This document shows, piece by piece, positions 26,801 through 32,000 of a stretch of 32,000 nucleotides of DNA (position 1 is its first letter; each line of letters opens with the position of its first letter). The DNA is from an uncultured archaeon (GTDB lineage: Archaea > Asgardarchaeota > Thorarchaeia > Thorarchaeales > Thorarchaeaceae). The position numbers were made by a program, and so were the translations under genes. Below the pieces are notes generated by a model. It searched no databases and was not told the DNA's origin. It saw nothing but the letters and a program-made list of their open reading frames with translations. The DNA lies in NCBI GenBank assembly GCA_964354495.1, contig CAYHAA010000001.1, positions 397,049 through 429,048 on the forward strand. The letters are read 5' to 3'.

Positions 26801-27123
26801 TCAGTGGCGAAGAAGCCATCGAAACAGCTGCTCCTGTCAAGAAGGCTGCAGAAGAGCCTAGGCTGCTGCCTCCGGATGAAGAACCAGTAGAACCCGTGGT
26901 ACCGGTCAAGAAGAAGCCAGTGTCCAAGAAGGGTCCCGTCGAGGAAGAGGCTGAGGTAAAACCGGAACGAATGAGCACGAGTGAGATCGAGGAGTTGCGC
27001 AGGGATCTTGAAAGACGAGGTGTTCCCCCCTACGAGATTGATACCATCCTTGAACAGGCTCGTGCACTACCAAGAGAACTGGTGGAAGAGCTTGTAAAGA
27101 GCCTCGAAGAGAACAAGAAGTAG
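14854..27123 (+). CDS. Giant (4089 aa) type I membrane surface protein: signal peptide, DNRLRE/CBM96-like domain, 2x (DUF2341-like + LamG), about 22 Ig-like repeats, TM helix, ~245-aa cytoplasmic tail
   Basis: DUF2341-like segments lie at ~16444-16720 and ~18052-18333. LamG-like segments (VW/HL, FDG.D.I, SAWV, W.G.IDE.R) lie at ~16750-17420 and ~18370-19110. The TM is IGLPISLLVITLLGLYVRVW at ~26326-26390, followed by a basic stop-transfer stretch. There are many N-x-S/T sequons. Confidence 0.9.
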   Translation: MRRCGLIGILLIVVFLLPVSSPLVQSEMNLDELTKLSPLVGGSTVSQSGELNSGTGTSLPVSISGIVSNVGSGAMQITSASPGTSTVTLTDGWTGTNLAAQIESLSMTTDNVLRNSNLNNYHSERFLVSSTAAYNGEAHPVPNSWTMYKSVANDEKHPNHGVYEIEASPSGYGGTYGLFLESQYGTSFSHNPNDEVFISQMISTPWRAVYTAQISFKYYITSSSTMTDKLHLFTRLGGYVTKYHVFESGDTTNTWLTASVVVQAASLQGLANRVLQLDIGLATDLSGTQSLAANAYAYIDDVQLSFVVRPFPEQIDLKANGTIVWGSTSGSTYPYVPDDADRDCWDYSSGIDLDGYNDDGNIEFGIYGSDWTVDADFQIGLQFPVSIPRGVIITSAWVEMEAVSSSSPNLYGARVYIADADNVGAFTTGLPHLEDRYSWVPTSIDWTFNSWITFPDTRYKSPEIGPLIQKVVSRPGWSQDNYMCLMIDYMDSDYFQRYSNIKGSTGWGPEDLARLYVEYVIPEDEDHAVFYNFQKTITIDHTRVAATLTNFPVLIDIIDTDLKNHVLSGGNDVAFTLNGQPLDYEIELFDQNYNTTHAHLVAWVKVPSLSSTIDTAITMHYGCEDVPSSYSTGVWDSYEIVQHLNDNPTGTQHDSSANDHHGTSYGAMTTDDLLAGRIGSAIEFDGIDDVISVGQIYTDQWSQLTVSAWVYHDLTSDDRIFSKAPSTTPPDCIMHLGITGSGNMRARLSTDESASGNYDSLTIPSNLNWHLLTWTWSSAGTVYLYIDGSLDRSLARTGTSVKNSDLMFIVANWETGTSDSRHWDGKIDEIRMLPALLSGDWILTEWRNQNSPSTFYSVGTESGNPDVWTDAGETSVLFTTDSTAPVTLDVNLTFDISGNGQTLDEDLDPGTSFFIESGSSIVNWTARVMVSPPAGATSFGFSVEYPMAEWKPTAALNPFNNAKSYPQDWWYQAGTLSINSSAIDFWGIWTLKFISWNFAQDLVLGRTGEALSTTATFNIGDSMKYLATTPTVQGATVGLVLTDPTGSVRYSLYNSTVTNPSHKFPSFNYRKDFTIVPTNNVYENVVDFPIALDFTDTDLHSTNKVRADGSDIMFAMGSTILPHQIEYFKQDYTPTDARLVVWVCANLSSTVTNTFSMYYGSPIVDNLEDPEGVWGPNMEAVWHLGEDVVDEGSTGVHYDATGNGYNGVQHGNVETLTSRVGYAQTFDGNDYIEFSDTLAPPGNVMITGWFRISSTHSPTTATTKVIMEKYLDGDHNMVIALVGQDYGQGTVPNGTLVFKVESASGQAMYKWTTRTTWNAGWYYIGCYANESDPSKNKIFVGFSTAAYDTAVGQVGSGTQVNMSYVEEWRLGGSDYDIATPKTGWFTGNIDEFRIATVYRSEGWLKTEWDNQASPTTFASKGTEQARTSPNHTFTQTLASTAPAGIWTASVYYNDTGASVSTRTGLFERTFTVKRNTYLTLAKPTDAVGDRLSVKTAGDAVIVEFELKDTLNAQLVNGATVTINWTSPSTVTLDSYGGGKYGKVLDTNGLASAKRWRINVQSTHPYYNNANEYFDIDLYHNTGLDSSGVSTTPVGEDFTATLTFMDSYTGTPIQGAAITFSDNSPVQSYVDEGGGVYSVTVDSAALSLGDHVYTLKATSSNAYLKTATVTVTFTLRAHYTSVSVQGDFVTPYGSNTQVTVVLIDLDTGLPVTIGSVSTFSFTTDSYAADNFGSLSSFTQTLTTNDWLIGTETVTLTVTMSSTNFLAPDQFQFDITIRRHRTSLTIAGVVTQPYGNLTPLTAILTDLDTGTPVPIGAVQQILFQWIGGSQTLSGSYTVSLATSAWPVGTRIVQVITTMVAGATYDAPSNYQFTVTIRKMATVLYYDPSSFTFPLGTDFEVNLRLNVSEPGQYYGDPITGRTAGEFSVPPYTFTLNTADNAVGRYKLTISASYFVGGSYEIRVYFVSADSRYADASVLIRFTYRQIQSYLTSPNYPQVTTPYGMDVQITLNYTDADYGTGIEGAMISSPDHPAWVYGQVDLGEGVYTVWIDVEGLTQGTHYISLTATKAGIDAKTLQFRIIVRAAYTSVIPSVGSLVIPLGSSVTFYVDYTDLDRLLPIDNNTGDTDVVSSWGRFTVEYVIAMQRYRIVFQTIDSDGVSSNVVRTFTFSKGANYQVAGFNITVTIRTHNTDFRLVSSVEPTSTIGIFNISVYYGDLDDAVGIKSTLVIFSVYNASGLVSSSYSYDLVLGDGFYRIQVPASQFGLGLQTFTVYADWTGTYPKYQDKSLVTTASVVGRESALTLLLSSEPTPYLGTMSYTFFFSDIFSGIGIDNLTGHVFIFVSFQGEIIEPSDITIIDRSATQPGNYSIQFNTSVLSRTGLFFMDISMEWAKGVSPYYANRTDVVSLRVLQRDTLLQTTPPSPTSYGENATFTFTFEDITGELSIPINDGPTLTVQLSLADYSVSYNAISHIFTVSFNTDQFGTTLGSHSFTLDVIWSGVPFYASRTGKLVSVTVIARETFMEYLTPAPTQYMDTVVFNVTWTDITGGASDPISGSTLTLYDGLTPINVAKYSYVEVASGIYRITLNTTYAPSPGTYQLRVGLNAGVSYITPAYVIREFSIRYRITLLSAEPVAAVPYNSPAQVILYYQDLYTASLIANTSAGSYPVNLQFLTGSNWIYSVVWNPVFKHYELSIQTYNQGFVIGAPVTVTLRMSYDIQAPFYASDDLIMQFTLRIRYSSLTLTSEPETTPYGDNAQFRVFFADADAAGAGIANAQIVVLNNSVPLTLNTHYTLSQGIAGEYILTVDSEFLGGLGTRSLTVKANWIAGSPYHSNATRVVSILVRARETSLDVTIPPSQVKYLDDVTFAFVYTDLDAAAPIAAIMASYIHLRFANGTEIIGGYTITPVGSSFEVVISSTRVSNIPVTGLSLIVGVDWPGSLAPFYADDTTTLKITIVGRSILVETGQIDRTPKGDTLSIVLTLADLDNGNPVTGAIILFSSQNESLVQGVNYGISELTGTYTISVYTGTFPGIGVFLFDVEVRWNPLVSPFYGNRTTGTLNGLIDTIRASLQAGSPVPSTVQITGSVSLIVTYSDLDHGQAGILGAFITAEYVPNTSPVVGFIFTPVAGQPGQYNISFSTSNLPATGSYTLRITATKSNYATSQTTPSFSVTLISTTLTPVLSSITVNWSIQAHVVVFFKSLLTGSGAIGATVTYSVFGLPVTGMTLNGTPGYYEAYIDTSFIGAGTRVVIIQATKDQHFPATTTVTLIILTLPSEMTIIAPTEEVLPVPRGDPVTVNITLTDANGVPIPVNLVTEEVYITFRGQRYYLVRIDFTSIWTGTIPAGGPTILDPASYDVRITAVIDNYNPAVSQFKILIEQTTTEVSPLYPADPFFDPESPRIEAVYSEIITFRLNFTVPAINDTPITDAFVYWYEVRWALNLSFVHTGGGIWELTFDTSQGRYGTWGITFTGIPDNPIYAADEVSLTLTIKKITTAVIGPLTPESYPWGWVGNISFFYNDTWFNAGVDNATVTFDYGPFNNIPAFDLGNGTYLVQIDTTYLESNARHRIIVNLAKENYEERTTGININVELRPTVLVVISDEQSQIGGDSANLQIPMGDSFYVAFFYNDTSPIGGLSGGIASATIGDNTLFGSTAFGGQRNFTLQNLGGGYYRFFFDTTDTSLYLFSEGVPQTGERFFFTISLEFENRKSQEVEVVITVIDVPTEYIFEYPLDLDFVHGDTLRYRIYVNDTWHNRPVVGASITADWNPAVVVTGNGTDAPGRYYVDLLASAAGASGFIDISIVLEYHSMAPIRISAYSAPNDTDVLIGQITRIGLPISLLVITLLGLYVRVWSVPKRIRQINRQIKSIRKNKVPRPISDVKERKQLIADLFNDTLSELKITRTAADMPEESIPIDVPEMGGLLMQLAILTNLSADELEDFKTDISKMKMSEQAAFVKEVIMQEATRAARRDGKTIEDTLKTVKREASKRLSGEEAIETAAPVKKAAEEPRLLPPDEEPVEPVVPVKKKPVSKKGPVEEEAEVKPERMSTSEIEELRRDLERRGVPPYEIDTILEQARALPRELVEELVKSLEENKK
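19273..26300 (+). repeat. About 22 diverged ~100-110-aa beta-sandwich repeats (protein-level repeat)
   Basis: The recurring pattern T-x-L...P-Y-G...Y-x-D-x-D...PI-x-GA...G-x-Y-x-I...G-x-Y/H...Y appears at a ~300-330-nt period. Confidence 0.8.
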
Positions 27124-27233
27124 CAGATTTGGCCTCTGCTGCCTCTCTTTTCATCCACAAGTCGGTAGAAGACTTGCTCGTGGAAGATAAGGTAGCTTTT
27201 CGATTTTTGGTGGCACAGTCTGAACGACATGAA

Positions 27234-27301
27234 TTATTATGCATCAGGTTCCAAAGTCTCGCATTGTTACAGATTGTTACTGAGAATGTAACAGGCAACA
27301 A
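27234..27301 (+). promoter_or_regulatory. Candidate TATA plus TGTTAC/GTAACA repeat array upstream of the second giant gene
   Basis: TTATTAT at 27234-40; ATTGTTAC at 27263-70 and 27273-80; GTAACA at 27288-93; GCAACAA at 27295-301. Confidence 0.4.
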
Positions 27302-27318
27302 GATTCGGTGATGCAACA

Positions 27319-30300
27319 ATGAGGACCGTCAAAACTCTCACTCTCGTATTGATTACATTGTTTATTCTCTCACTTGCAGATGTCTCTGGAGATAGTCCTG
27401 CAGCAAACACGTTGATTGACGACGAGACTTCATCCGGTCAGAGCCTCATTGCTGACGGATCAAGTTACGTCGGAACTGGATCTGCATTGACAGTTACATT
27501 CACGGGCACTTTCATTAACGCCTCAACATGGACGCAGACAAGTTCAACGCTCTCCTCGGAGTTCCAGCCTGGCACATCATTCTCTGTCACAAACTCAAGT
27601 GTTGTCGCCTGGACTGCCTATGTCCTTGTTTCGCCACCTCCAGAGGTTGAGAGTCTGAGTTTCTCTGTAGCCTATCCTAGGACTGAATGGGGTCCGACCT
27701 CTCTCACAAATCCCGTCGGAGTTTCAATGTCCTATCCAAGTCAATGGTGGTATGATGCTGATACTGTCTATGTCAGCACATCTGCAGTGACCACCTATGG
27801 TGTCTGGAAACTTCAGTTTCTGGGACTCAATCAACTGACGAATCTTCAACTTGGCGAGAGTAGTGGACTGTTCTCATCAACTGCTGCTTTTGACATAAAC
27901 GATGAGATGCTATTCCGCTCAACGAGCACTTGGATTACCGGTTCGACGACTGAGTACATCTTGACTGATCCGACAGGCTCGACTTGGTATAGTTCCACTA
28001 ACACAACATCTACAGCCACAAGTCATATGCTTCAGTCGTTTGCCTACATTAAGACCATCACTGTCGACAGAGCACGTCATCTGAGCACTGACCTTGCCAA
28101 CTTTCCCGTCTTGGTGAGCCTTGTTGATACAGACCTCCATACTAAGGTGCAGGCAGATGGCGATGATATCGTATTCTATGCTGGTGGAACGATAGTACCT
28201 CATGAGATTGAGCTGTTCGACAAGGACTATAGTCCGACTCAAGCTCGTCTCATTGCTTGGTTGAAGGTGAATCTTACAGGTTCTGTGAATACTGTTATTC
28301 AAATGTACTATGGAAATCCGCTGATTGGGTCTCAGGAGCGTCCTGAGGAGGTATGGACTGAGAGTTTCTCCGCTGTCTGGCATCTGAATGAGGACGCCAC
28401 AGCAGGTGGCTCTTCAACCATCCACTATGACTCCACAGCAGATGACCGTGACGGAACTCAGAGTGGCAATGAAGAGGCCACCGGAGCGATTGGTATCGGT
28501 CAGAGATTCGATGGCTCGAATGATCAGATTGTAGTTTCATCGTCCATGTCGCTTAATCCCTCCGGCGATGTACAGATATCTGGCTGGTTCAGGCTTGATG
28601 ACAGCTTCTCAAGCACTTCGCCCACGACTCGTCTAATCGTTAGCAAGTGGCTCAATGTCGACAATGATATGCACATTGCACTGGCTGGGACTGACTACAC
28701 AATATCCGGGGTTCCTAAGGGTAGCCTTGTCTTTAAAGTGGAGAATGATGCCTCAGGTCAGAAATACAAATGGACAACGAGGACGAGTTGGACGGGTGGA
28801 ACGTGGTACCATTTCTCCTGTACCATGGATTCAGGAACTCCCGCCAATAATCGAATCTATATCAATAATGCTCCGGATACAGCAGCAGGATATGTTGGAG
28901 AACTAGCGTCTGCTCATATGACCTACAATGGTGATTGGGGTATTGGCGGTGGGTCCATTGAACAGGTCGCCAGCTACTCAGCTTGGTTCGATGGAGTGAT
29001 TGATGAGGTAAGTGTTTCAGCACAACCAGCTGGTCGCTCAGCTGCTTGGCGAGCTGGCTCATACTCAAATCAACAGAATCCATCCAATTTCTACACTGTA
29101 GGTTCTGAGCAGCAGAGAGCCTCTCCTGAGCTCAGTATAAAAAAGATTGCCGATAACACCGCGATTGCAGGGATCTGGAGGATCTCAGCATTTTACAACG
29201 ATTCCGGCAGCTCTGTAAACTATCGAGTTGGCATATACGAGCGCACATTCACAATACTACGTTCATCATCATTGACAGTTTCAGCTCCAATGGCGGGCGT
29301 CGGCAATGGAATTGTGTCATTAGTTGTAGGTGATATTCTATACACCGAGGTCGACCTCGTTGACTCCCTGACTGGCGGAATCACAGGGGCCACAGTCACG
29401 ATGAATTGGACGGTATCCGGAGTGAGTTCTCCTATCTATCTCAATGATATGAATGGAGGAGTATACGGCATAGCAGTCAATACATCGGACCTAGGATCAA
29501 ATATCCGATGGCGCATTAACCTCTTGGCAACCCATCCATATCATCGATCATCTTCGACCTACTTCTATCTGGACCTATATCATGAAACACGACTGGATTA
29601 CTCAGATGTGACTACAACCCCAGTCGGCCTTGACTCAAATGCAACTCTCACTTTCCGTGATGAATACAATTATAGTCCAATATCTGGTGCCACACTCAAG
29701 TTCGCCAACGGTAATCCAGTGACTGTCATTTCCCAGGCTAATGGTGTCTATGAAATATCAGTAGATACATCTTCATTGGGACAAGGACAATACTCGTATA
29801 TCATCAATGCAACAAAGCCGGGCTCGCTCTATGTGATGGCCACCGCGACCATCACATTCACTATCAGGCCGCACTATACTGCACTCTCTGTTTCAGGTAG
29901 TCTTGTTACTCCCTCTGGCAGCGACACATCACTTACGGTCCGGCTCATCGATTTGGATACGGGCACAATGGTGAACATTGCTTATGTGACTTCTCTGAGT
30001 TTCACTTCATCATATGGCACTCAAATCAGAGATAGCTATAGCGTTGTTCTTTCCACAAGTGCATGGGCAATTGGATCTACGGACGTCACACTCTCAGCAG
30101 TTATGGCAAGCTCGAACTACTATACTCCTGATCCTTACCAATACCAGATTAATATCCGGAAACATTACACTGCTATCAGTGTGACAGGGGGGTTGGTGAC
30201 TCCATACGGAAATGTTACGCCTATCACTATTGTCATAACCGATCTTGACACGGGAACACTCCTCAGTGCGAGCGCAGTCAATGCCTTCCAATTCACTTCC

Positions 30301-32000
30301 AGCTATGCTCCCTATTCTGAGAGCGATCCTATCTCAGACCTCTTCGTCGAACTGCCAACTGGAACCTGGCTTGTCGGAACCCATGCAGTGACCCTTCAGT
30401 TGGCAATGAAGGGAACGTCGAACTACTACAATCCATCAAACTACGTATTCTCGATTATAGTCAGAAGCTTGAATACAGTTCTATACAACGCACCAAATGA
30501 CCTTGTCTTCCCGAATGGCGATGATTTGATTGTTCTTCTCCAGTTTAATGTCAGCGAACCCGGATCTCACTATGGCGAAGCCATAACCGGTGTTCTCGAT
30601 TCGGCCTTTTATGTGACGAATGCGACCCCATTTGTATATCCAAAGACAGTTGTTGGTCTCGGAAATGGCCTGTACCGCTTGACAATTTCGTCGATCTATT
30701 TTGAAAGCGGGACATATACAATCATAATCACGGTATCACCTTCAAACCCGATTTATGCTCGGACAAGTATGTTGCTGACTTTCAGCTATCGCGCTGCGAG
30801 AAGTGACTTGACCGCAAACCTGTACACTGTTTCAACACCATACAACCACAATGTGACCGTAACGCTCACGTACTATGACCTCGACAGAGCTATGGGAATA
30901 GTCACTGGTGACATATTCTCACCCAGCACTTGGACTAGTTCCAGTCATACTGGCAACGGAGTCTATTCAGTTATCATCGGCCTCCATGGTTTCTCCGTAG
31001 GAACACATGTAATCAATCTAACAGCTCAGGAACCCAACTATGAAACAAAGAGTGTACTGATTACCGTCATTGTGACGAAAATCCATACAGACGCGGAACC
31101 AAGTGTCATCTCACTTGACATGCCAGTCGGAAACACAAAGGTGTTCTATATTGACCTCACGGATCTTGATAACGGCAAACCGATAGCAAGTGTGATTCCT
31201 ACGAATGATTGGCTTGGATCTGTCCCTATCTCTGTGATTTGGACCGGTACAAGATACGAGGTCACTTTTACAACTACCGGCTCTGATACGCTAGGTTTCT
31301 ATACCATTGCTTTCACTTTTGCCCCTGGTGCGAATTACTATAATGCCGTCTGTGAGATAGAGGTCGATGTACGAACACATGTCACAATATTCAGCCTTGT
31401 CAGTGCTGCGGAACCGACTCCCTTCAATGGAATCGTGAACATTTCCTTAAGGTACTATGACTGGGACAATAAGGCAGGCATTACAGATGATACGAACATA
31501 GAGGTACTTGTTTGGAACCAGACTAGTTGGATTTCGACCTTACTCGTAAATGGGGGAAGTGGATATTACACACTTCGAATCGATGCTAGCCTCTTTGGTA
31601 AGGGAATCCAGTATTTCGACATCTTCTTCAATTGGATTGGTCCAGTACAGCAGTTTGAGAACAAATCCATCGCTGCATCCGTCAACATCATAGGAGTATA
31701 TTCGCAGCTTGCGCTGCTTCTTGCCTCAGAACCAACACCCTACCTTGGTGTAATGAGCTATACCTTCCTCTATAGCGAGTTGAGCGGAATTGGAATCACA
31801 AACTCGACTGGAGATGTCCACATCTCCGTAAGCTTCGAGGGTGCGTCGGTGAACCTTGCACAAGTGACAATCGCTGAGGTCAATCCTGTGCTTCAGCCTG
31901 GCCGGTATACCGTTTCATTCAACACAACGATCTTCGGCAAGACCGGGCTCATCTACATGAATGTGTTCATCAATTGGACCTCTGGAGTAGCTCCATTCTA
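27319..32000 (+). CDS. Second giant surface protein, paralog of 14854-27123 (partial; more than 1560 aa, runs off the window; absent from the ORF track)
   Basis: Hand translation from ATG 27319 (MRTVKTLTLVLITLFILSLAD..., a signal peptide) shows no stop up to base 32000. It contains one DUF2341-like domain (~28045-28315), one LamG (~28360-29110) and Ig-like repeats 1-9 in the same order as the first gene. Confidence 0.92.
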   Translation, partial: MRTVKTLTLVLITLFILSLADVSGDSPAANTLIDDETSSGQSLIADGSSYVGTGSALTVTFTGTFINASTWTQTSSTLSSEFQPGTSFSVTNSSVVAWTAYVLVSPPPEVESLSFSVAYPRTEWGPTSLTNPVGVSMSYPSQWWYDADTVYVSTSAVTTYGVWKLQFLGLNQLTNLQLGESSGLFSSTAAFDINDEMLFRSTSTWITGSTTEYILTDPTGSTWYSSTNTTSTATSHMLQSFAYIKTITVDRARHLSTDLANFPVLVSLVDTDLHTKVQADGDDIVFYAGGTIVPHEIELFDKDYSPTQARLIAWLKVNLTGSVNTVIQMYYGNPLIGSQERPEEVWTESFSAVWHLNEDATAGGSSTIHYDSTADDRDGTQSGNEEATGAIGIGQRFDGSNDQIVVSSSMSLNPSGDVQISGWFRLDDSFSSTSPTTRLIVSKWLNVDNDMHIALAGTDYTISGVPKGSLVFKVENDASGQKYKWTTRTSWTGGTWYHFSCTMDSGTPANNRIYINNAPDTAAGYVGELASAHMTYNGDWGIGGGSIEQVASYSAWFDGVIDEVSVSAQPAGRSAAWRAGSYSNQQNPSNFYTVGSEQQRASPELSIKKIADNTAIAGIWRISAFYNDSGSSVNYRVGIYERTFTILRSSSLTVSAPMAGVGNGIVSLVVGDILYTEVDLVDSLTGGITGATVTMNWTVSGVSSPIYLNDMNGGVYGIAVNTSDLGSNIRWRINLLATHPYHRSSSTYFYLDLYHETRLDYSDVTTTPVGLDSNATLTFRDEYNYSPISGATLKFANGNPVTVISQANGVYEISVDTSSLGQGQYSYIINATKPGSLYVMATATITFTIRPHYTALSVSGSLVTPSGSDTSLTVRLIDLDTGTMVNIAYVTSLSFTSSYGTQIRDSYSVVLSTSAWAIGSTDVTLSAVMASSNYYTPDPYQYQINIRKHYTAISVTGGLVTPYGNVTPITIVITDLDTGTLLSASAVNAFQFTSSYAPYSESDPISDLFVELPTGTWLVGTHAVTLQLAMKGTSNYYNPSNYVFSIIVRSLNTVLYNAPNDLVFPNGDDLIVLLQFNVSEPGSHYGEAITGVLDSAFYVTNATPFVYPKTVVGLGNGLYRLTISSIYFESGTYTIIITVSPSNPIYARTSMLLTFSYRAARSDLTANLYTVSTPYNHNVTVTLTYYDLDRAMGIVTGDIFSPSTWTSSSHTGNGVYSVIIGLHGFSVGTHVINLTAQEPNYETKSVLITVIVTKIHTDAEPSVISLDMPVGNTKVFYIDLTDLDNGKPIASVIPTNDWLGSVPISVIWTGTRYEVTFTTTGSDTLGFYTIAFTFAPGANYYNAVCEIEVDVRTHVTIFSLVSAAEPTPFNGIVNISLRYYDWDNKAGITDDTNIEVLVWNQTSWISTLLVNGGSGYYTLRIDASLFGKGIQYFDIFFNWIGPVQQFENKSIAASVNIIGVYSQLALLLASEPTPYLGVMSYTFLYSELSGIGITNSTGDVHISVSFEGASVNLAQVTIAEVNPVLQPGRYTVSFNTTIFGKTGLIYMNVFINWTSGVAPF

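Noticed and set aside
15770-26978. Many 60-190-aa alternative-frame and antisense ORFs inside the 4089-aa gene (e.g. 24994-25533, 26409-26978)
   Set aside because: These are expected shadows of a long, codon-biased gene, and none shows domain motifs or an RBS.
27070-27123. ESCRT-III-type MIM1 motif at the end of the giant protein's cytoplasmic tail
   Set aside because: It is amphipathic but lacks the conserved Arg-Leu-x-x-Leu-Lys/Arg pattern.
27030-30291. Small ORFs listed over 27-30.3 kb (27129-27311, 27919-28383, 28655-28906 and others)
   Set aside because: The region is explained by the uninterrupted frame from 27319 and by a 195-nt intergenic gap.

Overview
Archaeal genomic window, inferred to be Asgard and Thorarchaeota-like (archaeal GluRS, ThiI and histone, several eukaryotic-signature proteins, roughly 50% GC). 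Bases 1-7.9 kb hold a cluster that looks like membrane-trafficking machinery. A minus-strand run carries a Cys-rich zinc finger, a longin/uDENN-like + 2 winged-helix protein, a translationally coupled longin-Arf-like GTPase fusion, a zinc-ribbon/6-TM protein and a coiled-coil/Pro-rich protein with a steadiness-box-like end. Divergent from that run is a 782-aa protein whose C-terminus is a complete ESCRT-II Vps22/SNF8 (EAP30)-like module fused to a coiled-coil region and a beta-sandwich. Bases 8-14.7 kb are mostly housekeeping: gltX, a hypothetical protein, a membrane-anchored alkaline phosphatase, thiI, a histone and a DUF2334-like deacetylase. Bases 14.85-32 kb hold two tandem, colinear paralogous giant surface proteins. 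The first is 4089 aa with a TM helix and a ~245-aa cytoplasmic tail. The second starts at 27319, runs off the window and is missing from the supplied ORF track. Several intergenic RNA hairpins were found by eye. No rRNA, tRNA, CRISPR array or mobile element was recognised. All homology calls come from motif reading and remembered reference sequences, not database searches.
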